43,646 nt of DNA from Rhodospirillaceae bacterium (GTDB lineage Bacteria; Pseudomonadota; Alphaproteobacteria; Rhodospirillales; UBA2165): contig JABIIH010000098.1 in NCBI GenBank assembly GCA_018649245.1, positions 1 to 43,646 on the forward strand, in the 5' to 3' direction. Shown here piece by piece: positions 9,999-18,683 of this stretch. Numbering within the stretch: position 1 is the first letter of the stretch; each line of letters starts with the position of its first letter. The translations under genes were made by a program, and so were the position numbers. Below the pieces are notes generated by a model. That model ran no database searches. It was not told the origin of the DNA and worked only from the letters and a program-made list of their open reading frames with translations.

Positions 9999-11561
9999 TT
10001 AAACTTTTTTCAGGGGCAGCGCGACGAAGCGTTCATTAGCACCCCGCATCACTAGAAGAAGGACAGCGCGGCGATTGCTTTTCAGGGCCTCATCAATCGA
10101 TTGGGCGACATCAGTGGGCTTGGAGACAGCTTTGTTTCCCACTGATAATATCACGTCGCCCTGATGAAGCCCGGTTGCAGCCGCCGCGCTGCTGGGCAAG
10201 ATATCGGTTATGACGACACCCCCTTCGGCCCCCACTATGCCTAGGGACTTTCGGGTGCGTTCGTCGAGTGTGGCGAGTTTCATGCCACTAACCGATTGAG
10301 GTTTCGAATTTTCTTGTTCGTCTAGGTTGAGCTTAGCGAGCTTTTCGGCTGCCGGTGCTTTACCGATTTTGGCATCAAGCGAGATTTCTTTGCCATCGCG
10401 CCAAATCGTAAACTCAGCTTTTTCATTTACGTTGAGATTGGCCACCAGACGCGGCAGATCGCGCAGTTTGGCAACGTCTTTGTCATTCACCTCAAGGATG
10501 ACATCACCGCGTTTAAGGCCTGCTTTCAGGGCCGGGCTTTTGGGCATGACGCGGGAGACCAAGGCTCCGGTAGCGTCTTCGAGGCCAAGACTGTCAGCCA
10601 GTTCTTTGGTCACACCTTGAATATGGACGCCAAGCCAGCCGCGTTCGACGGTGCCATTTTCGCGCAGATCAGCAATAATTTTTTTGGCTTGAGTTGACGG
10701 AATAGCAAAGCCGATGCCAACATTTCCGCCCGAGGGCGAAAAGATGGCCGTGTTGACGCCGATCACTTCGCCTTTAAGATTAAAGGCCGGACCACCGGAA
10801 TTACCTTTATTAATGGGCGCATCGATTTGCAGGAAGTCATCAAATGGGCCGGCACCAATATTGCGGTGGCGCGCTGAGATGATTCCCGTAGTTGCGGTTT
10901 GGCCAAGACCGAACGGATTGCCGATGGTGACTATCCAGTCACCGACCCGCATGTTCTCCGAGGCGCCGAACTTAACGTAGGGTAATTTATCACCGGCATC
11001 GATTTTAAGCAGTGCCAAATCCGTTTTAGGGTCAGTGGCAATCAGTTTTGCTTGGATTACTTTGCCGGTGCTTAGCTTAACCTTGATCTCGTCGGCGTTA
11101 TCGATGACGTGATTATTGGTGACGATGAAGCCGGCCTTATCGATGATAAATCCTGAGCCAACACCAGTTGTTTTTTGTTGCGGTGATTTTTGTTGTGGTT
11201 GCCCTTGATTGGGACTGCGAAAGCGCCGCTGATCACGTTCGTTAAAAAACTTCTCGAAGAATTCTTCAAACTGGTTGCCAGAAAATTTAGGTTGGCCGGC
11301 GTCTACAGTTTGGCTGACCATAATGCTGACAACCGCGGGGCTAACTTGCTCAACCACATCGGCAATATTTACCGGCAAACTGGGAACAGAAATATTTTTA
11401 ACGGCTTTCACTGGAGCTTTTGAAGACAACACCGTACTTGCTTCCAAACCACCAATGGTACCGAGCAGAGCCACCGTTCCAATAATAGCTGTTGCGGCCA
11501 CACCCAGTATGATCTTGTTATTCCTACTTTTTATTCTTAATTCTTCATTTAATGCGGGCAT
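9999..11561 (-). CDS. degP: Do-family periplasmic serine endoprotease (DegP/DegQ/HtrA type) with two PDZ domains
   Basis: Catalytic triad contexts TNNHV, DLALLKI and GNSGGP. An N-terminal hydrophobic anchor or signal is present, and two PDZ-like repeats follow (GLKRGDVILEVN, GLHQGDVILSVG). Confidence 0.9.
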   Translation of the reverse strand: MPALNEELRIKSRNNKIILGVAATAIIGTVALLGTIGGLEASTVLSSKAPVKAVKNISVPSLPVNIADVVEQVSPAVVSIMVSQTVDAGQPKFSGNQFEEFFEKFFNERDQRRFRSPNQGQPQQKSPQQKTTGVGSGFIIDKAGFIVTNNHVIDNADEIKVKLSTGKVIQAKLIATDPKTDLALLKIDAGDKLPYVKFGASENMRVGDWIVTIGNPFGLGQTATTGIISARHRNIGAGPFDDFLQIDAPINKGNSGGPAFNLKGEVIGVNTAIFSPSGGNVGIGFAIPSTQAKKIIADLRENGTVERGWLGVHIQGVTKELADSLGLEDATGALVSRVMPKSPALKAGLKRGDVILEVNDKDVAKLRDLPRLVANLNVNEKAEFTIWRDGKEISLDAKIGKAPAAEKLAKLNLDEQENSKPQSVSGMKLATLDERTRKSLGIVGAEGGVVITDILPSSAAAATGLHQGDVILSVGNKAVSKPTDVAQSIDEALKSNRRAVLLLVMRGANERFVALPLKKV

Positions 11562-11611
11562 TTTTAGCTCTCCATCTTCCCTAAAGCGGGAAATTTTTGT
11601 CTAAATGTTTC

Positions 11612-11638
11612 TTGATCACGACTTTTTGGCTTTGATCA
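11612..11638. promoter_or_regulatory. Direct repeat TTGATCA-N13-TTGATCA upstream of the DegP-like gene; candidate response-regulator site
   Basis: TTGATCA occurs at 11612-11618 and again at 11632-11638, exactly 20 bp apart. The repeats lie 51-77 nt upstream of the start at 11561. OmpR-family regulators typically bind direct repeats. Confidence 0.25.
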
Positions 11639-11826
11639 GTTGACAATGAAGACCTTAATAAGCACAACCTTGCTGCAATATTTCCGCATCATTACTATTT
11701 CGTAAGGTTATGCGTGGCAAAAATATAAACTGGTAGTTTTGGCAAGCTGGCAGTTTTTTGTTATATATAGAGCAACCAGAATGGTTGTTAAGTAATTAGA
11801 GTAGCTTAGAAATAGAGTTTAGGACC

Positions 11827-12786
11827 ATGACACCCTCGACCAAGAAACAAGTTAAATGGGGCTCAACAATTTTTACATTGTTGTGGATCCTGGCCGTCGG
11901 GGTAGATCAATTTGGCGATTTTGGCACCTTTGACTACGGTAGTTCCGTGCGCGAAGAGCAGTTGCAGGAACAATTGAACGAATGCCGCGGTTCATTCAAG
12001 GTGCGCTATAATTGTAAGTCAGCCATATTACGCTCTCATGGCCGCGACAATATCAATTATTGGGGCTCCAAGATTGGCTGGACCTTTGGTCCCGCTTTAT
12101 TAATTTATATCGTCTTCAATCTTTGGCTTCGCCGGGTTGAATGGAATGAAGAAAAAGAACGCCGCCGCTTGCGTTTGATCCGGATGGAGAAAAAACGCCA
12201 GAAAAAAAGCCGGGCCGCCTCGGAAGAAGGCCGTCAACGCACCATTGCGGCACAGCGGCGCCAGTCGATCAAAAAAGCTGAAAAAGACTCCATGCGGGTG
12301 GAAATGGACCGGCCTCTCAATGTCTTGGTCGTCACCCAGGATGATTTGTTGATCGACAAAATGACGCCGAGATATTTTGCTCAAGGCTATCATATTATTG
12401 GCTCAGATTTACGGGATGTCTTCCTCAGCTTTAAGGAAATTGGCTATCATATCGTCTTGATCGAAAATAAATTTACCGAACCTGAGCTCCATCCGGAAGA
12501 CGCAAAAGATCCGGATTTCCCAGGCCTGCCTTTACCGGTCGCAACAACGATCAGCAAAATGCGCGAACGCAAAGACAATATTCGAGTGGTCAGCTGGGCG
12601 CAGGAATATGAGGGTCTATCTGAATCTGAATTAGCAGAAAAAGCTACTGCTCTGGGTGCCGACGTTGCTATCTCAAAATCCTCCGAGATTGAAGATATGG
12701 TTGATCTTTTCATATCTTTATTGGCGCGGAAGAGTACGCCTGATCCGGATATCTACGAAGAAGACGAAGAAGACGACGACTATTAG
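11827..12786 (+). CDS. Hypothetical membrane-anchored protein with a basic coiled segment, a receiver-like (pseudo-receiver) domain and an acidic tail
   Basis: Two hydrophobic segments (IFTLLWILAVGV, FGPALLIYIVFNLWL), then a K/R-rich stretch at aa 101-155. A receiver-like pattern follows at aa 164-300 (NVLVVTQDD ... HIVLIENKF ... RVVSWAQ ... AISKS). The tail is EEDEEDDDY. Confidence 0.6.
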   Translation: MTPSTKKQVKWGSTIFTLLWILAVGVDQFGDFGTFDYGSSVREEQLQEQLNECRGSFKVRYNCKSAILRSHGRDNINYWGSKIGWTFGPALLIYIVFNLWLRRVEWNEEKERRRLRLIRMEKKRQKKSRAASEEGRQRTIAAQRRQSIKKAEKDSMRVEMDRPLNVLVVTQDDLLIDKMTPRYFAQGYHIIGSDLRDVFLSFKEIGYHIVLIENKFTEPELHPEDAKDPDFPGLPLPVATTISKMRERKDNIRVVSWAQEYEGLSESELAEKATALGADVAISKSSEIEDMVDLFISLLARKSTPDPDIYEEDEEDDDY

Positions 12787-12788
12787 TA

Positions 12789-13952
12789 TTATTTAAGCAC
12801 TGTCTCCGCCAACTGGGCCCAAAAACTGGCACCGATCGGCAACACATCATCATTAAATTTATAGTGTGCACTGTGCAGTGGATGAGAGGTCTCGCCCGCT
12901 AACTTGCTGCCCAGCCGGACAAAGCATCCCGGCACTTCGTTGAGCATAAAGGCGAAATCTTCAGAGGCCATGGTCGGAGGATAGGCGACATCTATAGCTT
13001 CCTCACCAACAACTTCGGTGGCGACTTTTAAGGCGACATCGCTGCTCACGGGTTCATTGACCAGAACCGGATAACGATGATCATAATTTAATTCTATGGT
13101 CGCTCCATGAGCGCTCGCCACGCCTGCGGCGACGCGGCGGATCAGCGGCTCTAGTATTTTCTCCGACTCAACGGCAAATGATCGCGCTGTCCCTCTTAAG
13201 ATCGCCTGATCTGGGATGACATTGTCGGCTTCACCGGCATGAAATTGGGTGACGCTGACGACGATGCCTTCTATCGGGTTGGTGGTCCGGCTGGAAATCG
13301 TTTGCAGCGCTTCAACAATTGCCGAGCCGGTAACAATCGGATCAATGCCTTGATGGGGAGCAGCCGCATGACAGCCGACACCAGTTACAATAATTTCAAA
13401 CAGTGCCGCCGACGCCATACCTTGGCCCGGACGAATGCTGATTTTACCGGCAGCCATATTCGGCCAGTTGTGCATACCATAGACCGAATCGACTGGAAAT
13501 TGATCGAATAGGCCTTCCTGCACCATCACGCCGCCACCGCCGGCCATTTCTTCAGCGGGCTGAAAAATAAATTGTATGGTGCCTTTAAAGCGCTTGGTAG
13601 CTGCGAGATATTTCGCCGCCCCCAACAGCATCGTGGTGTGCCCATCATGACCACAGGCATGCATTTTACCCGTTACCTTAGATTTAAACGGCAAATTCGT
13701 CTGCTCTTCGATATCGAGTGCATCCATATCGGCCCGGAGGCCCAGCGCTCCACCATCACCATTCTTCAAGCTGCCAATTACACCCGTTTTGGCTAAACCT
13801 CGGCTCACTTCTATGCCGAACTCATTTAACTTCTCAGCGACAAAATCCGAAGTTCGAACTTCTTCAAAGGCTGTTTCAGGATATTCATGCAGCTGATGGC
13901 GCCAATTGGTCATTTCCTGATGAATATCCTGGATTTCCTTGAGTATCGGCAT
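12789..13952 (-). CDS. M20-family amidohydrolase (hippurate hydrolase / N-acyl-amino-acid amidohydrolase type)
   Basis: Contains MHACGHDGHTTMLLGAAK, FQPAEE and other M20D-type motifs. Size is 387 aa. Confidence 0.85.
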   Translation of the reverse strand: MPILKEIQDIHQEMTNWRHQLHEYPETAFEEVRTSDFVAEKLNEFGIEVSRGLAKTGVIGSLKNGDGGALGLRADMDALDIEEQTNLPFKSKVTGKMHACGHDGHTTMLLGAAKYLAATKRFKGTIQFIFQPAEEMAGGGGVMVQEGLFDQFPVDSVYGMHNWPNMAAGKISIRPGQGMASAALFEIIVTGVGCHAAAPHQGIDPIVTGSAIVEALQTISSRTTNPIEGIVVSVTQFHAGEADNVIPDQAILRGTARSFAVESEKILEPLIRRVAAGVASAHGATIELNYDHRYPVLVNEPVSSDVALKVATEVVGEEAIDVAYPPTMASEDFAFMLNEVPGCFVRLGSKLAGETSHPLHSAHYKFNDDVLPIGASFWAQLAETVLK

Positions 13953-14051
13953 AAAGCGGTTCCCGGCAATAAATTGGAATTAGACTAATAAATTAACTGT
14001 TTTCACGAACAGGCTTGACTTACTTGGCATTTAGGACAAATTTTTAATTAT

Positions 14052-14075
14052 AACCAAGTAAAAACTTGGTTTTTT
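14052..14075 (+). promoter_or_regulatory. Perfect 8-bp-stem palindrome plus T-run in the nadA leader/promoter region (attenuator or operator candidate)
   Basis: AACCAAGT-AAAA-ACTTGGTT at 14052-14071 is followed by TTTT at 14072-14075. It lies 30 nt upstream of the nadA ATG. Confidence 0.35.
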
Positions 14076-14105
14076 GGACCACAGCGACGAGGAATCGTTA
14101 GTCGC

Positions 14106-15122
14106 ATGATTAATACTGTCGTCGAAGCAGGTGCCGAAGCCCTCACGGCGGATGCCCTCGATCCCTTCATTGATATTGAAGAAGAGATCAATCGCCTGCG
14201 CCGCGAGAAGAATGCCGTCATCCTGGCGCATTACTACCAATCGCCCGAAATCCAAGATATAGCTGATTTTGTCGGTGATTCCCTGGACCTGTCGCGCAAG
14301 GCCGCCGAGACAGATGCTGATATGATTGCGTTTTGTGGCGTTAAATTCATGGCAGAATGCGCCAAAACATTAAGCCCAAACAAACTCGTTGTGTTACCGG
14401 ACGGCGAAGCCGGCTGTTCGCTGGAAGATTCCTGCCAGCCGGAAGACTTTAAAAAGTTCCGTGAGAAATTTCCTGATCATTTGGCGCTCAGCTATGTCAA
14501 CTGCTCGGCCGAAGTAAAAGCGTTATCAGACATTATCGTAACTTCCTCCAACGCAAAAAGTATCCTTGATCAAATTCCGCCAGAGCAAAAATTAATATTT
14601 GGACCGGATCGACACCTTGGTGCCTACCTCGCCAAAGAAAGCGGTCGAGATATGGAAATCTGGCCCGGCACCTGCATTGTTCACGAGCAATTTAATGAGC
14701 GTGAATTAGTCAAGTTGATGGTGCGTCATCCAGAGGCCAAAGTGGCCGCTCACCCAGAATGCCCTGAAAACATCCTCAAACATGCTGATCACGTCGGCTC
14801 GACACGTTCATTGCTTGAATTCGTGACCTTATCTGAAGGACAGGAATTTATTATTGCCACCGAGCAACAGATTATCCATCAGATGGAACTCGCCGCCCCG
14901 GACCGGACGTTTATTGCTGCGCCAGGACCTGATGGCACGTGTAACTGCGCCAACTGCCCGTTTATGGCTCTGAACGATATGGAAAAGCTTTATCTCGCCA
15001 TGTTGAACGAGGCGCCGCGCATTGAAATGCCGGAAGACCTCCGCCTTGCAGCCTTGGCACCTTTACAGAAAATGCTGGATATGTCGCCAACTCAGCAAGT
15101 TAAGAAATCGGTCGCGGCATAA
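14106..15122 (+). CDS. nadA: Quinolinate synthase
   Basis: Contains VILAHYYQSPEIQDIADFVGDSL, the conserved Cys-containing segments (GEAGCSLEDSC, GTCIVHEQF, CNCANCPFM) and has the expected size of 338 aa. Confidence 0.9.
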   Translation: MINTVVEAGAEALTADALDPFIDIEEEINRLRREKNAVILAHYYQSPEIQDIADFVGDSLDLSRKAAETDADMIAFCGVKFMAECAKTLSPNKLVVLPDGEAGCSLEDSCQPEDFKKFREKFPDHLALSYVNCSAEVKALSDIIVTSSNAKSILDQIPPEQKLIFGPDRHLGAYLAKESGRDMEIWPGTCIVHEQFNERELVKLMVRHPEAKVAAHPECPENILKHADHVGSTRSLLEFVTLSEGQEFIIATEQQIIHQMELAAPDRTFIAAPGPDGTCNCANCPFMALNDMEKLYLAMLNEAPRIEMPEDLRLAALAPLQKMLDMSPTQQVKKSVAA

Positions 15123-15130
15123 ATCCTGAT

Positions 15131-15988
15131 ATGGCTTTAGATTGGCCGGACGGCCTTGATCTCAAACTCATCGATAATATTATTGATGCTGCCTTTGCGG
15201 AAGACATTGGCCGTGGCGACCTGACTTCCCAAGCGGTCATCCCGGCTGACACCAGATTTAGCGGCGTCATGTCGGCACGCCAGGAGATGGTTTGTGCCGG
15301 CCTGCCTGTCGCCGGTCGCGTCTTTGAGCGGTATTCGAACAAAATCACCTGGAAGGCGAAAGCCAAGGACGGTGATTTGGTGGCAGCGGGCTCAGTTTTG
15401 GCTGATTTAGCCGGCCCAGCGGTTGATTTGCTGACCGCAGAACGCACAGCCATCAACATTTTGCAGCATTTATCTGGTATTGCTACCCTGACCCGGGAAT
15501 ACGCCGATAAAATTGCCGATCTCGACACAATTTTGCTGGATACCAGGAAAACCATCCCGGTCTATCGTCAGCTGGCTAAATACGCAACCCGTATGGGCGG
15601 CGCAACCAATCACCGGATGGCGCTCGATGACGGCGTGTTGATCAAAGATAATCATGTCGCGGTATCCGGCGGCATCACTGAGGCGGTACGCCGCGCCAAA
15701 GCTAACAATTTGCCCAACATCGAAGTTGAATGTGACACCCTTGAGCAAGTCAAAGAAGCAGTCGAAGCCGGTGCTGATATGATCCTGTTTGACAATATGA
15801 GTGCCGAAATGATGGTTGACGCCGTGGCAATTGTCGACGGACGTGTGCCGACTGAGGCCTCAGGTGATGTCAATTTAGCGACCATTCGCGCCAAGGCAGA
15901 GTCTGGTGTAACTCATATCTCGGTCGGCGCCCTCACCCATTCCGCCCCAGCCGTTAATATTGGGCTGGATTGGAGCGCTGAAACCTAA
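15131..15988 (+). CDS. nadC: Nicotinate-nucleotide pyrophosphorylase (carboxylating)
   Basis: Contains LLDTRKT, GGATNHRMALDDGVLIKDNH, IEVECDTLEQV and MILFDNM. It starts 8 nt after nadA. Confidence 0.9.
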   Translation: MALDWPDGLDLKLIDNIIDAAFAEDIGRGDLTSQAVIPADTRFSGVMSARQEMVCAGLPVAGRVFERYSNKITWKAKAKDGDLVAAGSVLADLAGPAVDLLTAERTAINILQHLSGIATLTREYADKIADLDTILLDTRKTIPVYRQLAKYATRMGGATNHRMALDDGVLIKDNHVAVSGGITEAVRRAKANNLPNIEVECDTLEQVKEAVEAGADMILFDNMSAEMMVDAVAIVDGRVPTEASGDVNLATIRAKAESGVTHISVGALTHSAPAVNIGLDWSAET

Positions 15989-17646
15989 ATAATTCCAGTT
16001 ACTTCACCATTTTCATCCAGACCAATCTTATTTGCAGCCGGCTCACGCGGCAAGCCGGGCATGGTCATCATATTACCGGCAATGGCGACGATAAATTCAG
16101 CCCCACCGTTTAACCTGAAATCATTGAATTCAATGATATGACCTTGCGGGACACCTAACGCTTTGGGATCTGTCGAAAAACTGTATTGTGTCTTGGCAAT
16201 GCAGACCGGCAGCCCGCCCTTACCCAAGCGCTCTAAATTCTCGAGCTTTTGCTGGGCCTCGGGTGTAAGGGCTATATCCGCCGCCCCATAAATTTTTGTC
16301 GCGACAGCTTTGAGTTTATCCTCGACCGATGCGTCCAATGGGTAGCAATATTTAGGCTCAGACTCATTTGAAGAAATCTCGATCACCTTGCGGGCGAGAT
16401 CCATGGTGCCCTCGCCACCATCGACAAAATGTGTAGCCGTGCCGAAAGGAATACCTTTTTCACCACAATATTCTGCGACTGCGGTGACTTCGCCAGCGCT
16501 ATCGCTGGCGAATTGATTAAGTGCTACCATGACCGGAACACCAAAAGACCGGGTGTTTTCAACCTGACGATTAAGATTTTCCGCCCCTTTCAACACCGCC
16601 TCGGCGTTTTCCAATTCGATGTCGGCCAGCGCAATACCACCATGGGCCTTTAAGGCTCGTATGGTTGCGACGATAATGACCGCATTGGGCCTTATTCCGG
16701 CTGAACGACATTTAATATCAAAAAATTTTTCAGCCCCGAGGTCTGCGCCAAAACCGGCTTCGGTAAAAACATAATCGGCCATTTTCAAGCCAGCGCGCGT
16801 GGCAATCACCGAGCTGCAACCATGGGCAATATTGGCAAAAGGCCCGCCATGCACCAAACACGGCGTTCCCTCCAAAGTCTGAACCAAATTCGGGTTAATC
16901 GCATCCTTTAGCAGCGCCGCCATGGCCCCGTTAGCATCCAGCTGTTTGGCAGTTATTAAATTTCCTGCGCAATCCTGAGCCACCACAATATTGCCGAGAC
17001 GGCGTTGCAGGTCTTGGGTATCGCGGCTTAAGCTAAAAATCGCCATGACTTCCGAGGCTGCAGTAATATCGAACCGACCGGAATGCGATAGATCAGCGCC
17101 ATTGCGGTTCATCGAGTGGGTAACCTTCCGCAGTGCCCTGTCGTTCATATCCATTACCCGCGGCCAGGTAATTTTGTCACGATCTATATCCAGCTTGTTA
17201 TCCCAGTAAAGATGATTGTCGATAATGGCTGACAACAGATTATGCGCCGACGAAATCGCATGGAGATCACCGGTAAAATGAAGATTTATGTCTGCCGAAG
17301 GAATAATCTGAGATTTGCCGCCACCAGTACCACCACCTTTCATGCCAAAAACCGGTCCCAGGCTGGGCTCCCGTAGACAAATGGCGACTTTTTCGCCGAG
17401 CCGGTTGAGCCCGTCACCCAAGCCAATCGACGTTGTCGTTTTGCCTTCGCCATATTTCGTCGGTGTCATGGCCGCAACCAATATTAATTTACCGTCCGCG
17501 TCCGGCGCCAAGCCATCAACGTAAGACAACGGAATTTTCGCTTTGTCACCGCCAAAAGTAATTAGAACGTCGGCCGGAATGCCAAGCTTCCCGGCAATAT
17601 CGTCAATGGGCACTGGCCCGTCTGCTAATTTTTGTCCGTTTTTCAT
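15985..17646 (-). CDS. fhs: Formate--tetrahydrofolate ligase
   Basis: Contains TPTKYGEGKTTTSIGL, EPSLGPVFGMKGGGTGGG and FANIAHGCSS, with the expected size of 553 aa. Its stop codon overlaps the convergent nadC stop. Confidence 0.95.
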   Translation of the reverse strand: MKNGQKLADGPVPIDDIAGKLGIPADVLITFGGDKAKIPLSYVDGLAPDADGKLILVAAMTPTKYGEGKTTTSIGLGDGLNRLGEKVAICLREPSLGPVFGMKGGGTGGGKSQIIPSADINLHFTGDLHAISSAHNLLSAIIDNHLYWDNKLDIDRDKITWPRVMDMNDRALRKVTHSMNRNGADLSHSGRFDITAASEVMAIFSLSRDTQDLQRRLGNIVVAQDCAGNLITAKQLDANGAMAALLKDAINPNLVQTLEGTPCLVHGGPFANIAHGCSSVIATRAGLKMADYVFTEAGFGADLGAEKFFDIKCRSAGIRPNAVIIVATIRALKAHGGIALADIELENAEAVLKGAENLNRQVENTRSFGVPVMVALNQFASDSAGEVTAVAEYCGEKGIPFGTATHFVDGGEGTMDLARKVIEISSNESEPKYCYPLDASVEDKLKAVATKIYGAADIALTPEAQQKLENLERLGKGGLPVCIAKTQYSFSTDPKALGVPQGHIIEFNDFRLNGGAEFIVAIAGNMMTMPGLPREPAANKIGLDENGEVTGII

Positions 17647-17737
17647 AAATCTATCTTAACTGTTCCCCAAATCGATAAAACTATATAGAAATGAAATAGT
17701 TAGGAAATCGTTGCGGAATTGAGAATGCGGCGAAATA

Positions 17738-18625
17738 GTGATGAAAATTAGGTCGTTTTTAATTCCAGGAAACCGCATGTCTAAACCGCCTTATGGTCGT
17801 CTAATTAAGATGGGTCTGCAAACATTACTCGGTCTCAAACGCCAAGGATTTTTCATTCCCTATCGCTATGCCAACCAGCTCAAAGAAAGCGGTACTCTCG
17901 ATACCTATCAGCCTCTTTTAGCAATGTTTGACGTCCGCAAAGAGGCTCAAATCGAATTCATCCAAATTATTAATAAATACTCTCAAATACTTGATAAAAT
18001 TGGAAGAAATTCGCCACCAGGGCCGCGCTGGGGTCAAGATTGGTTTCCCAGGCTTGATGGTGCAGCACTATACACCATGGTGCGCGAACGCCAGCCTCGT
18101 TGTATCGTCGAAGTGGGTTCCGGCCACTCAACGCGCTTCATGGCGGAGGCAGTTAAAGATGGTGTGCTCACCACCAAAATTACGACGATCGACCCGGCGC
18201 CCCGGGCAACCATCAGTGCCCTTGATATCACGGCCATTCAGAGCACGGTCGAACAAGCCGGTATGGAGCCCTTTGAGCAACTAGCTACTGGCGATATATT
18301 GTTTATTGATTCGAGCCATATCCTGATGCCCGGTAGCGATGTTGACTATCTCTTTAATCGCGTGCTGCCGACATTACCCAGCGGTCTTATTGTCCACATT
18401 CATGATATTTACCTGCCAGACGACTACCCGCTTCGCTGGGCGTGGCGCGGCTATAACGAACAGCAGGGAGTAGCTGCCTTGCTGCAAGGTAGCGGGTTTG
18501 AGATATTATTCTCCAGCCATTATGCTGCCACCCGGCTGGCCGATACCCTTGCCGCCAGCGTGATCGACCGGCTGGAACTGTTTAACAACGCCGCCGAGAC
18601 CAGTTTATGGCTGGAGAAGAAGTAG
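17738..18625 (+). CDS. Class I SAM-dependent methyltransferase (Methyltransf_24-like)
   Basis: Contains CIVEVGSGHSTRFMAEA (glycine-rich SAM loop) and ILFIDSSH. The start is uncertain: GTG at 17738, ATG at 17741, or ATG at 17777 (MSKPPYGR). Confidence 0.6.
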   Translation: MMKIRSFLIPGNRMSKPPYGRLIKMGLQTLLGLKRQGFFIPYRYANQLKESGTLDTYQPLLAMFDVRKEAQIEFIQIINKYSQILDKIGRNSPPGPRWGQDWFPRLDGAALYTMVRERQPRCIVEVGSGHSTRFMAEAVKDGVLTTKITTIDPAPRATISALDITAIQSTVEQAGMEPFEQLATGDILFIDSSHILMPGSDVDYLFNRVLPTLPSGLIVHIHDIYLPDDYPLRWAWRGYNEQQGVAALLQGSGFEILFSSHYAATRLADTLAASVIDRLELFNNAAETSLWLEKK

Positions 18626-18683
18626 AGATTTACGCCACGAACATCAAATGACGAAGTAATTTTAGCCCCAAGGATTATTTGAA

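Noticed and set aside
11731-11757. TGGTAGTTTT / TGGCAGTTTT repeats and TGGCAAGCTGGCA, considered as a sigma-54 (-24/-12) promoter upstream of the pseudo-receiver gene.
   Set aside because: The GG-to-GC spacing does not fit TGGCAC-N5-TTGC, because there is no GC at the -12 position.
13953-14105. A class I NAD+ riboswitch (nadA motif) upstream of nadA.
   Set aside because: Only a single simple hairpin is present, and the leader is too short for the tandem-domain motif. I kept it only as a generic attenuator/operator candidate.
17647-17737. A ZTP or THF riboswitch upstream of fhs.
   Set aside because: The minus-strand leader is AT-rich. It lacks the conserved GC-rich ZTP elements (for example CCGCCTGGGC-like) and any evident pseudoknot arms.
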